31,614 nucleotides of DNA from a virus. Taxonomy: Duplodnaviria; Heunggongvirae; Uroviricota; Caudoviricetes. Shown here piece after piece: positions 9,780 to 18,252 of the stretch. Location of the stretch: the IMG/VR virus record IMGVR_UViG_2579778529_000009, positions 1 to 31,614 of that record. The stretch is one strand, 5' to 3'. Position numbers and translations under genes: made by a program. Within the stretch, counting starts at the first letter, position 1, and every line of letters starts with the position of its first letter. The notes beneath the pieces were generated by a model. That model worked only from the letters and a program-made list of their open reading frames with translations. It had not been told where the DNA came from and did not search any database.

Positions 9780-11878
9780 AACCATCCTCCGGAAGTCAGC
9801 CAGGGGTTAACATCGTCAGTTACTGTTTTCTTCCGTTTTTGTTTTTTAACAGGCGTGGATACCGGTTCCGGTGAGGATGACGGTTCGGTACTGTCCTGGA
9901 CACACTCCAGCCAGGTTTCCCGGCTCGCCCACTCCGGTGCATCCGGCCAGCGGATCTTTTCGTATCCATGCAGAATGACCAGAGCCTCGGCATACACCAT
10001 CAGGTCAAAAGCTTCGTTGGCACCGCGACCAGGCTTACTCCATTTCCCGTCACTGCTCCGCTCTTCATACGTCAGTTCGTCGTAAAACCAGCTCCCCAGC
10101 CAGTCAGGGAAATGCACATAGCCGGGACCTGGCGAGTCACGCCATAACGCGTTATTCACCCGGTCTTTCAGTGCATCCGTCTGAAGAAGCCAGAGCGGCA
10201 CATCACCTGCGGCCTGCGCCCGTCGGCCCGTTCGTCCGGTGTTATCAGGGAATGTACGAGTGATCAGTTTTGCGCGCCGGATGCTGTCGCCCTTAAACAG
10301 GTAAATACGTTTACCAAGGCCATCACGACGGCAACGACGCCAGAATTTATAGGCATTATCAGTGACCCCGTCTTCACCGCCGGAGTCCACCGCCATTGCC
10401 ATCAGTCGCATTTGTTGAGAAGGATCGGAGGCCAGCGGCCAGCTTTTATGAAAAACATCCGTCAGCAGGACATCCCAGTCTTCCGGATAGCTGGCCGGAT
10501 CAATTCGCTGGCTCTCCCCGTCGCTGTCACCGCGCAATGACTGCGTGATGTTGTAACGATCAATAATCCAGCGTTCGCCACGGCTGCCATAGCCCGTTAC
10601 CTGAACCACAAAACGGCGATGACGTCCCGCCTGCACATCCACTGTCGCCACAAGGAAATTAACGCCATCCGGCACACTGCGGGAAGGAACTGGCTCTGCC
10701 CGCTGCTCAAGCAGTTCACTTTTTCGTTGCTCCATGCTGGCGCGGGGAAGATAAGGTAATCCCCAGTCGGTATTGATAACCGTCTTGAGTGTTTCTTCAC
10801 TTCCGGTTGTCTCGTATTCCTGTTCTGCAGTAAGCAGTTTGTAAACGAGTTGCGAGAGTGTCTGGTAAGCAGCTGCCGGACCCTCCATCCAGAATGACGC
10901 AATACGTGAGCGTCGGGGATCACCATAACGACTGCCATCCGCATTGATGGATTCACCATCCCGCAACCAGACCCCACGTCCGTTCAGCTCACGTTTTTGT
11001 TCAGGCATAATCCGTCCTGAACAGGAAGGGCACTGAATATAAGCCGCCTCACTTGCCAGCACGGGATCGGCAATATCACGGAAACCAGCAACCACATCGC
11101 CGCAGGGCTGAAAATACTCACCACAGTGTGGACAGGGCCAGTACCAGCGACGGCGATCACCACGGTTATAGAGCGACAGGATCCCCGTGGTTGGTGGAGC
11201 CTCATGCGGTGAAGTCCGTCGCCATTTCACATCCTTCACATCCCTGCCGGGGGAACTCTCCACCAGCGTCATACCGCTGGACATAAATGTGGTGGTACGT
11301 TTTGAGGCAAGAGAGAAAGCATCCCCCTCGCCATCAATATCTTCCGGAAAACGGTCATAATCCGTCAGCGCGACGCATTTATAATCTGATGAGGACATGA
11401 TATTGACTGACGGCCAGCCGATTTTCAGGTAGTTACCAGCAAGGAATGTTCTGTCATAAACGTTGTTGTCATTTTTGTTCGGACTCAGGCGACTGACCAC
11501 TTCCGGGCTGACGCGAAACGTTCTGGCAAGTCGTTTTTTGGAGTGTTCGCGGGCTTTTTCCTCCGTCATCTGAATGATCAGCATATCAGCAGGATCGCAA
11601 ATCACGTTGTAAATCACCCAGCCGTCAATCAGGCCGATAGTCTTGCCAGTTCGTGCCGGGCCAACAAATATCACTGCGTCGTATTCACGCGAGGCCAGGC
11701 AGTTCATCGGCTCAATAACATACGGTGCCACCAGCGGATCCCACGGGACTGAGTTCCCTGCCCCCATGGGCACCCGCATATACTGAGCAACGGCATCAGC
11801 AACCCGCATTCGTCTCGGTGCGCGAAGGATATAACCTGAATCGGTTCGTGCTGCCTTTGCGGTTTCCTGATTCAGCAT
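9776..11878 (-). CDS. Terminase large subunit (gpA family)
   Basis: 700 aa; Walker A-like VGPARTGKT near N-terminus; position after small terminase; start overlaps Nu1-like stop. Confidence 0.9.
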   Translation of the reverse strand: MLNQETAKAARTDSGYILRAPRRMRVADAVAQYMRVPMGAGNSVPWDPLVAPYVIEPMNCLASREYDAVIFVGPARTGKTIGLIDGWVIYNVICDPADMLIIQMTEEKAREHSKKRLARTFRVSPEVVSRLSPNKNDNNVYDRTFLAGNYLKIGWPSVNIMSSSDYKCVALTDYDRFPEDIDGEGDAFSLASKRTTTFMSSGMTLVESSPGRDVKDVKWRRTSPHEAPPTTGILSLYNRGDRRRWYWPCPHCGEYFQPCGDVVAGFRDIADPVLASEAAYIQCPSCSGRIMPEQKRELNGRGVWLRDGESINADGSRYGDPRRSRIASFWMEGPAAAYQTLSQLVYKLLTAEQEYETTGSEETLKTVINTDWGLPYLPRASMEQRKSELLEQRAEPVPSRSVPDGVNFLVATVDVQAGRHRRFVVQVTGYGSRGERWIIDRYNITQSLRGDSDGESQRIDPASYPEDWDVLLTDVFHKSWPLASDPSQQMRLMAMAVDSGGEDGVTDNAYKFWRRCRRDGLGKRIYLFKGDSIRRAKLITRTFPDNTGRTGRRAQAAGDVPLWLLQTDALKDRVNNALWRDSPGPGYVHFPDWLGSWFYDELTYEERSSDGKWSKPGRGANEAFDLMVYAEALVILHGYEKIRWPDAPEWASRETWLECVQDSTEPSSSPEPVSTPVKKQKRKKTVTDDVNPWLTSGGWL

Positions 11879-12372
11879 TACTCCTCCTGCTGTAATTCCT
11901 CCTCATCATCCGCACCTGCTTCAGTCACCCGCAGGGCTATCTGATCGCGCAGATCATCAATAATGGACTGAACACGGCTCACAGCGGCAGGCTGCAGACC
12001 GCAGTCACGTTCAAGAATATCCGGTAATGTCTCCAGCACCTGCACGACCGCTTTTGCCCAGATGGCAAACTCCCGTCTGACATCACTGGCCGGAATGAGT
12101 TGTGCCGTTTCCTGTTCGAACTTAAGACGCTCACGTTCAGACTGATACCAGGCTTTGCGCTCATGCGCGTCCATTTCGCCTTCTGCAACCGGCGGAGGTA
12201 ATGCCAGAAATGCCGACACAATATCAACCACCCGATAAAGCTTGAGGTTGCTTTCATGCCCCCCTGCAACGGGTAGATTTTGCAGCCTTGCCGCAGCAGT
12301 CTGGCGATGTACACCTGACAGTGCCGCCAGTTGACTGATATTCAGCGTCAGATTTTTTAACTCTCGATCCAT
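11878..12372 (-). CDS. Terminase small subunit (Nu1-like, N-terminal winged HTH)
   Basis: ATG 12372 (track ORF begins at TTG 12408); N-terminal NISQLAALSGVHRQTAAARL HTH-like; acidic C-terminus; directly upstream of large subunit. Confidence 0.7.
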   Translation of the reverse strand: MDRELKNLTLNISQLAALSGVHRQTAAARLQNLPVAGGHESNLKLYRVVDIVSAFLALPPPVAEGEMDAHERKAWYQSERERLKFEQETAQLIPASDVRREFAIWAKAVVQVLETLPDILERDCGLQPAAVSRVQSIIDDLRDQIALRVTEAGADDEEELQQEE

Positions 12373-12735
12373 ACCCGCTCCAGAATGTTTTAAACATGCA
12401 TCTTGCAAACAACTTTAGGCAAACGGTGTCAGTGATGAACAAAAAACAATCAAGATCGACACCATGAAAATAAAACAGCTGTAATATCAATTAATTATAG
12501 TGGTGGTGATGACGGATAAAATTTCAAAAACTAGCCTTTTTCCGCGACGCTCCCGCCCCGTGGCAAGGCCACCCCACCGGGAGGACCCATGAAAAATGAG
12601 AGAAATTATCATTTATGCTCAATTAAACATCAGCATTATCGCAGCCCCTCACTGAAGGACTGCTGTAATGCTGATTGTTCAACATCAAAAAACCCAATCT
12701 GTTGCAAGTTATAAAAGCAACAAACGACATTGCGC

Positions 12736-12752
12736 GTTAAGATTTTCTTAAT
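12736..12752 (+). promoter_or_regulatory. PmrA(BasR)-box-like direct repeat GTTAAG-N5-CTTAAT upstream of ais-like gene
   Basis: Direct repeat of YTTAAK-like half-sites separated by 5 nt, about 55-70 nt upstream of ATG 12805; matches the PmrA box architecture known for chromosomal ais/pmrG. Confidence 0.35.
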
Positions 12753-12804
12753 ATTTAAGAAATATATTTTTTAATCTCATTTATTTTTGCAAAAGACTTT
12801 TCAT

Positions 12805-13380
12805 ATGCAGCGTCGAGAAATAAAGAAAATTACTTATTTAATCACTTTGATTTTAACTACTCTTTTGTTTGTTTATTTTTTAAGAACACCCACCACAATC
12901 AATATGAAACAGGCGCATAAAATAAATCAACAACACCAGACAATTTTCCTTATCCGTCACGGTGAACGATGTGACAGAAGCAAAAATGCATGTCTCTCAA
13001 GCAATAAAGGAATTACCGTCAATGGTGCCATTAAAGCTCATGATTATGGAAAAATATTTAGCAATACTTTCCCGTCATTCAGCCTTTACTCCACGGATAC
13101 CATACGGACAATGCAGACAGCCTGTTTTTTCTCTGGAGGAAAAGCAGCCTCCCGGATACCGTTGGCTGCAACATGCGGACTTGATGCTGCAAAGGACATA
13201 CTCAAATTGTCATCCGATAATAAAACTACCGTTATATTCACCCATAATCATTGCCTGACACAAATAGCAAAAAAAATGAAATGGTGGAAGTTAAAGCCAG
13301 AATATCTTGAAACACTGGTTCTTCATATCGAAAACAATCGTCTCATTCTTGACGGAAAACTGACTCACGATAAAGCGTAA
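12805..13380 (+). CDS. Ais/PmrG-like histidine phosphatase (LPS core heptose(II)-phosphate phosphatase homologue) with N-terminal signal/anchor; lysogenic-conversion cargo
   Basis: RHGERCDRS (RHG catalytic motif of histidine phosphatase superfamily), CLSSNKGITV, LYSTDTIRT, VIFTHNHCL, KPEYLETLVLHIE...LDG all parallel recalled E. coli Ais; hydrophobic N-terminus; AT-rich; opposite strand to late genes in the bor-equivalent slot. Confidence 0.75.
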   Translation: MQRREIKKITYLITLILTTLLFVYFLRTPTTINMKQAHKINQQHQTIFLIRHGERCDRSKNACLSSNKGITVNGAIKAHDYGKIFSNTFPSFSLYSTDTIRTMQTACFFSGGKAASRIPLAATCGLDAAKDILKLSSDNKTTVIFTHNHCLTQIAKKMKWWKLKPEYLETLVLHIENNRLILDGKLTHDKA

Positions 13381-13416
13381 CAATCATTCAAAGAGTCAAC
13401 ATATTTTCTGCATTAA

Positions 13417-13445
13417 CCCCGAACAGTTCCTCTGCCGGGGTTTTG
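13417..13445 (+). terminator. Intrinsic terminator after ais-like gene
   Basis: CCCCG-N14-CGGGG hairpin followed by TTTTG; between convergent ais-like gene and endolysin. Confidence 0.5.
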
Positions 13446-13451
13446 TATTAG

Positions 13452-13829
13452 TTATCGCCTCAACTGAAAATGCGGTCCGTCTTTCAGGCTGGTCCACTCC
13501 CCGCCCCATTCGATGGCAGTTCCCAGCTCTGCGGCAGCCTGCTTAAATGCCTGCGCGATTTTCTCGTACAGAGGCCAGTCCCATGACACCTGGCTGCCAA
13601 CCCAGGCCACAACATCCACCGCATCACCGGTCAGGTGGCGGCTGTTCATGGTCTGGCTCTTGCCTTCTGCAACCAGCTGTTTCTGGCGTTCTTTCGTGCG
13701 CAGGCCTTCCGTAATACCGAAATCAACCTCCGTCAGCTCCAGCGCACGGCGAACGACAGCAACCAGCTGTGGTTTAACGCCCTCCAGATTTTTCTCGCTC
13801 CGACGACTGAATCTGAATTTACCCGACAT
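13452..13829 (-). CDS. Endolysin, peptidase M15 (zinc D-Ala-D-Ala carboxypeptidase-like) family
   Basis: SRHLTGDAVDV (H-x6-D) and C-terminal GPHFQL His typical of M15 endolysins; GAGGTG upstream of ATG 13829; follows holin genes. Confidence 0.8.
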   Translation of the reverse strand: MSGKFRFSRRSEKNLEGVKPQLVAVVRRALELTEVDFGITEGLRTKERQKQLVAEGKSQTMNSRHLTGDAVDVVAWVGSQVSWDWPLYEKIAQAFKQAAAELGTAIEWGGEWTSLKDGPHFQLRR

Positions 13830-13831
13830 AT

Positions 13832-14107
13832 TCACCTCAACAATGGAAAGATTTTTGTGACGTTCCCGCGTGCGCGTATCACCAGCACGCAGAACAGCAG
13901 ATTAAAAAACACTTCCAGCCAGCCCGTTGCTAACGGGCGACCACACAGATAGCTGAGGGGCGCAAAGGCATACAGCAGCATCAGCAGCCAGGCCAGCCAT
14001 GACATCAGCGGTTTGTGCGTGGCATCTTTTCGGCGATAAAAAAAGAACGTCAGCACGATAACCGTGCATAACGCCACATTCAGCAATCCGGGAAGGTTAC
14101 TTAACAT
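13832..14107 (-). CDS. Small membrane protein in lysis cassette (holin/antiholin-like)
   Basis: 91 aa, 2-3 hydrophobic helices, between holin candidate and endolysin; start overlaps upstream gene. Confidence 0.45.
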   Translation of the reverse strand: MLSNLPGLLNVALCTVIVLTFFFYRRKDATHKPLMSWLAWLLMLLYAFAPLSYLCGRPLATGWLEVFFNLLFCVLVIRARGNVTKIFPLLR

Positions 14108-14489
14108 TGCCGCCTCCTCCGCCCCTCAGGCGGGAGAACAGGCCGGACACCAGTGATGCGATATCCTGCTGGTGGATGAATGACAGAATCTTCACTGACA
14201 CCACCGATACCAGCACCGCACACAGCGCATCTGCCGATGTACCGTCATACCCTGTTTTTGATGTAATCCAGGCTGACAGTACACGTGCTCCCAGCACGCC
14301 GACGATAAACGACACCAGAAAATGCGCCGCCACACGCCAGGCGGAAATCTTCTGCGGCACAGTTGCCACAAACAAAGCCCCCGCGAACGCACCAAACACA
14401 ATCCCGAAATCCGTTCCGGTGAACAGCCCGAATACCGTCGCCCCTCCGAGCGCAGCCGCCGTGCCGGAACCGGATAAGGGTTCAGACAT
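14097..14489 (-). CDS. Putative holin
   Basis: 130 aa with about 3 predicted TM segments and charged C-terminus; first gene of lysis cassette; AGGAG upstream. Confidence 0.5.
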   Translation of the reverse strand: MSEPLSGSGTAAALGGATVFGLFTGTDFGIVFGAFAGALFVATVPQKISAWRVAAHFLVSFIVGVLGARVLSAWITSKTGYDGTSADALCAVLVSVVSVKILSFIHQQDIASLVSGLFSRLRGGGGGNVK

Positions 14490-14506
14490 ACTTTTTTCTC
14501 CTGTAA

Positions 14507-14530
14507 ATAAAAAAGGGCCACCAGCGGCCC
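14507..14530 (-). terminator. Intrinsic terminator immediately upstream of holin RBS (candidate tR-prime-like site)
   Basis: Minus-strand GGGCC-N6-GGCCC hairpin followed by UUUUUU, about 18 nt before the holin Shine-Dalgarno. Confidence 0.45.
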
Positions 14531-14658
14531 GTAAAAAAACAACACCCCGTCAAAGGCACCCGCAGATACCTTTTGTGTGGTGTATTCAGATTTGACATAC
14601 GCTGAGCAGGGCGAAGAAATGAAAAAGGCCCGCAGTAGCGAGCCATGAAGAAACTGAA

Positions 14659-14685
14659 TAAAAAAAACCGCCTGGTACGGCGGTT
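14659..14685 (-). terminator. Intrinsic terminator downstream of tRNA-Gly
   Basis: Minus-strand AACCGCC-GUACCA-GGCGGUU hairpin followed by 7-8 U. Confidence 0.6.
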
Positions 14686-14947
14686 AAGATGAATTTCCAG
14701 GTTTTGCTTAATACGTGATTAATCTCAACGTTTTTTATAGATGTTAACAACATCGGAATGATGCATCACCGGCCCTGTCAGGAAATACAAAATCTCCACC
14801 GATAATGCACCATTACGCTGTTGTAAAAAGACAGCACTGGACTGTAACCGATATCACGTATTACAGAACAGGATGTGGATAAAGATTCAGGAAAACATCC
14901 CACATATAATATGTCAGTGCCCAAAACAACTTGGTATCGTCTACTGC

Positions 14948-15022
<75 letters not shown>

Positions 15023-15439
15023 ATACTATGCGGTCTTCAGTAATCACACGAATTACCGTGAAAGCCAGCACTGGTCTTTCCGACGGTAGTAACACCCCTG
15101 TGAACACCAAAATAACCGTCTTCCAGACCGACGAGAATACTAACGACATTTTTTCAGATATCAAAAATATATTTTGTTTTTAGTTTTTAATATATGTATG
15201 CATCTGTATCAGAAATATACAATTTATATCATTACTAAATTAAAAACATTTCTCTGACGTCTGATTAAAACGTTCCTGTTCCAGTTCCGCGCCAATCACA
15301 CATGGTCATTGCGTTTTACCAGTCCATCGCCACTATCAGGCTGACCAGGGGACGCCCCACCCGAACTGCTGAGAATGCCAGGCACACAAAGAATAATGCC
15401 CGCCAAAGCGTTCCTGCATACAATGACTGCAAAATTCAG

Positions 15440-16183
15440 TTATTCTTGAGCGGAGCCAGAACTCATCTCACTGAATGCAGCCATCCTGTAACCTTCCGGG
15501 GTGACCCCAAAATAACGCCTGAATACACTGATAAAATAAGATGTATTATTATAGCCACACTGCACAGCGATTCTGTTGATGGCACAGCTATATTGATGCA
15601 ACAGCATTGCTGCCATTCTCATTCTCTCCGTAAGCAACAACTCACTGAAACATGTGCCTTCTTCTTTCAGTCTTTTTTTTAACAAACTTTCACTCATACA
15701 TAACCGTGATGACACATCTCGCAGAGTCCAGTTTGCTGCAATGTCTGTATGAAACAACGCACCAAGCCTGCCGCTGATAGTACTGATACACGCGGTCATA
15801 AACGACGAAAACATTTTATCTGATGAAAAAAACGCCAGACACGAAAAGGAAAGCATTTCCGCTAAATTGTCCGTATGAATCTTTTCCTCATAAAGATAAT
15901 CAATCAGGATGCCCATCAATTCTGGCCTGGGAAAACTCATGCAAAGATATCGTGGCATTTTCCGGACTAAAACAACATCCTGTTTTACCCCACTACGCAA
16001 CAGGTAACGGCTAATTGTCGATTCACTGAGACTTATACGCCGAAAACATTCAGAAAAGGGCAATAACGGTCCAGCCCCTCCCCTGACAAGAAGTGCACTA
16101 CCACTTTCCAGAGAGAGTACTTTTCCTTCGAAGAGCACAACAAACGGGGAATGAACAAAAATAACAGAACAGGCCTCATTCAT
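15440..16183 (-). CDS. AraC-family transcriptional regulator (GadX/YdeO/AppY-like), prophage cargo
   Basis: C-terminal AraC-type double HTH (WTLRDVSSRLCMSESLLKKRLKEE...INRIAVQCGYNNTSYFISVFRRYFGVTP); ATG 16183 with AGGGA upstream (track ORF extends to 16291); AT-rich. Confidence 0.8.
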   Translation of the reverse strand: MNEACSVIFVHSPFVVLFEGKVLSLESGSALLVRGGAGPLLPFSECFRRISLSESTISRYLLRSGVKQDVVLVRKMPRYLCMSFPRPELMGILIDYLYEEKIHTDNLAEMLSFSCLAFFSSDKMFSSFMTACISTISGRLGALFHTDIAANWTLRDVSSRLCMSESLLKKRLKEEGTCFSELLLTERMRMAAMLLHQYSCAINRIAVQCGYNNTSYFISVFRRYFGVTPEGYRMAAFSEMSSGSAQE

Positions 16184-16460
16184 ATCAATATCCCTGACAT
16201 TACTGGTCGCAAGATAAGTATATATCACTTTACAAAAATGCAAGCCGTGAGCCCCGAATTCACGACCACCAGCGTGTTTACTGTACTGCACCAGGTTTAC
16301 AGGTACAAAAAACCGCTCGACGGCGGGTTTAAGCTGTGTGGCGAAGTAACCACTCTTAACAGATTAAGATAAAATTTGCGGACCGCGGTAATTTTTTTTG
16401 CTAAATTAAAGCCATATAAAAAAAGATCCATAAGAAATTATTAGTATACTAAGGTTTAAC

Positions 16461-17402
16461 ATGGCTACTATTGCGCAATCAAAGAAACAAAAAAAACTTA
16501 AAATTGGTTTTTACACCAGCAGTTCTGGGACTATCCGCAGCCATTCAGTTGCTAAGCAAGCAATTGAAAATCTGTATAATACTTGCGTAACCGTTACGAA
16601 TAATCATTTTGATACCATCTATAGAAATAAAAAGTTAAAAATAGCTTTTATAAATAAAGATACAAAAGCTAAATATTTCTTCGGCTACATGTCATGCTCA
16701 CGAGAAGAGTATCTCCTTCCTTATATTGGTGATGAATACTGGAATGAGCACAACATACCACTAGATGATAAAAAATACATAGTCGAAAGAACCTATTTTT
16801 TATATTATTACGATAGTGATATTTTAATATTAACTCAAAATCATCTTGGGCCGAAAGAATCGGATTTAGCTTATCTGCTTTACAGCCAGAGTGGTAATCC
16901 TGGAAATAACTTTTCATTCCAAGCCATCTGGAAAAAAGAGAGCGTCAAAGAGCTACTTGAAACAGGAAGTACTTTGAGAAGTTGTGATATTGTCCTGGCT
17001 GCTCCCAGGAACTTTGATGCAACAAATTACCAGCTAAATAGTTCATTTTCTAAGGAACTGGTAAATATGATGGTAGGGCTGGGTGGAACACGTCTCAAGT
17101 TAAATCTAAGGGGACGTGCATCAGGGAGAGTAAAAGTCAAAGGTTATTTATCAGATCTCGTTAAGGATGGTATTAAAGAACTCCTTGAAAAAATGCCGGG
17201 AATTGTAAAAAAAGCGGCAGTAACACAGCCCAAAAATACCGTTGAACAAAGTCTTCTTGATCAGGTACTCATTTCAGAAAAAAACATATATACCGTTAAT
17301 GGTTATGGCACTGATAGTGATGTTCTGCAAGCCATGATTTCTGCTAAAATTGATAACAATGAATACCTTAAGCAATACGATATCAGCAAAAAGAAGGTAT
17401 AG
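16461..17402 (+). CDS. Hypothetical 313-aa soluble protein; candidate RexA-like sensor component of a two-gene abortive-infection/exclusion module
   Basis: AT-rich; AAGG RBS 6 nt upstream; N-terminal KIGFYTSSSG and internal LGPKESDLAYLL resemble recalled lambda RexA motifs (GFYATYRS, GPTTSDLTDFL); 3-nt gap to downstream membrane gene. Confidence 0.5.
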   Translation: MATIAQSKKQKKLKIGFYTSSSGTIRSHSVAKQAIENLYNTCVTVTNNHFDTIYRNKKLKIAFINKDTKAKYFFGYMSCSREEYLLPYIGDEYWNEHNIPLDDKKYIVERTYFLYYYDSDILILTQNHLGPKESDLAYLLYSQSGNPGNNFSFQAIWKKESVKELLETGSTLRSCDIVLAAPRNFDATNYQLNSSFSKELVNMMVGLGGTRLKLNLRGRASGRVKVKGYLSDLVKDGIKELLEKMPGIVKKAAVTQPKNTVEQSLLDQVLISEKNIYTVNGYGTDSDVLQAMISAKIDNNEYLKQYDISKKKV

Positions 17403-17405
17403 GAT

Positions 17406-17849
17406 ATGTTATTGAAATACTTAAGAAACCTGATTGTAAGTGTTTTTTGCACCTTGTTCCTACTGAGGTATATCCCTCAGATGGGGCATGCTGACATACT
17501 TACAGCCTCCGGGGTTATTTCAACTGTATCCGGTATTTTATTTGGTTTTATTTTAGCCACAATATCAATTTTTAGTGCTGCTAGCGAAAACTCAAATGGA
17601 ATAATAAAAGCATTAAAAAACAACAACATACTTCAATTTATTATTGTAAATCTATTAACCGCAGGTGCATCTTTAATTACGGCATGCGTTATTGCTTTGA
17701 TAGCAATGTTTGCCAATGAAAAGACATTGTTACATGGAGAAAAAATAGAATTTATTTTAATTATCGAATCTTTATCTCTTCTTATCATTTCAGTAATAAC
17801 TTTTGCCTTTACATGGAGAAAAGTAAACTGGATACTCCCCCACATTTAA
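17406..17849 (+). CDS. 147-aa four-helix membrane protein; candidate RexB-like effector
   Basis: Four hydrophobic segments (about 8-20, 33-58, 75-102, 117-137); LFLLRYIPQ resembles recalled lambda RexB LLFRHYIPG; size matches RexB (144 aa); translationally coupled to upstream gene. Confidence 0.5.
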   Translation: MLLKYLRNLIVSVFCTLFLLRYIPQMGHADILTASGVISTVSGILFGFILATISIFSAASENSNGIIKALKNNNILQFIIVNLLTAGASLITACVIALIAMFANEKTLLHGEKIEFILIIESLSLLIISVITFAFTWRKVNWILPHI

Positions 17850-17872
17850 AAAGGGCAGAAATGCCCTTTTTT
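17850..17872. terminator. Bidirectional intrinsic terminator between convergent Rex-like operon and Q
   Basis: AAAGGGCA-GAAA-TGCCCTTT hairpin flanked by A-run on one side and T-run on the other, between stop 17849 (+) and stop 17873 (-). Confidence 0.6.
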
Positions 17873-18235
17873 CTACTCCATTTCAAGTTTAACATCCAGC
17901 ATTGAAAGGCATCCATCAATAAACCCTTCAGCCATCTGTATCTCTATACGTATCAATTTCTCATCTTTTTTGCGAGCTCTTGCAAGCTTTCTTTTCGAGA
18001 TGCCATACAGGTAATGGGCCACAATCAAAGAATGCTCGTACGGTTTTCGCTTTTTAAGAAGAGCAAGACAACCTTCAATAATTAATGCATCACTATCTGA
18101 ACAAGCCTGACGTGTTTTGCTTGTATAGGGAAGAAGCCCTTTAAACCCAGCAGCTATAGGAGAATAGTCTACTCCTGAACTATCACTCGCCGCCCATGCT
18201 CCCCAACGATCCAGAACCATTTGAATATCACGCAT
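17873..18235 (-). CDS. Late-gene antiterminator Q (QuuD-like family)
   Basis: MRDIQMVLDRWGAWAA...IAAGFKGL...IIEGCLALLKK...QMAEGFIDGCLSMLDVKLEME closely parallels recalled E. coli K-12 QuuD; start taken at internal ATG 18235. Confidence 0.85.
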   Translation of the reverse strand: MRDIQMVLDRWGAWAASDSSGVDYSPIAAGFKGLLPYTSKTRQACSDSDALIIEGCLALLKKRKPYEHSLIVAHYLYGISKRKLARARKKDEKLIRIEIQMAEGFIDGCLSMLDVKLEME

Positions 18236-18252
18236 CAACTTTCTCCACAAAA

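Noticed and set aside
9855-10085. Small plus-strand ORFs within terminase large subunit gene (also 11053..11286, 11543..11752)
   Set aside because: Antisense to the terminase gene with Walker A motif
12254-12490. 78-aa minus-strand ORF upstream of small terminase
   Set aside because: Overlaps the Nu1-like start region and the candidate cos; considered as a possible Rz-like gene but has no lipobox, TM or coiled coil
12787-12804. Track start (TTG) of ais-like ORF, and similar alternative-codon starts at 12408 (Nu1-like), 3686 (H), 13835 (endolysin)
   Set aside because: Internal ATG codons with better RBS and ATGA coupling chosen instead; the track extends ORFs to the first in-frame alternative start
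15190-15215. Possible LexA/SOS box near CTGTATCAGAAATATACA
   Set aside because: Does not fit CTGT-N8-ACAG spacing
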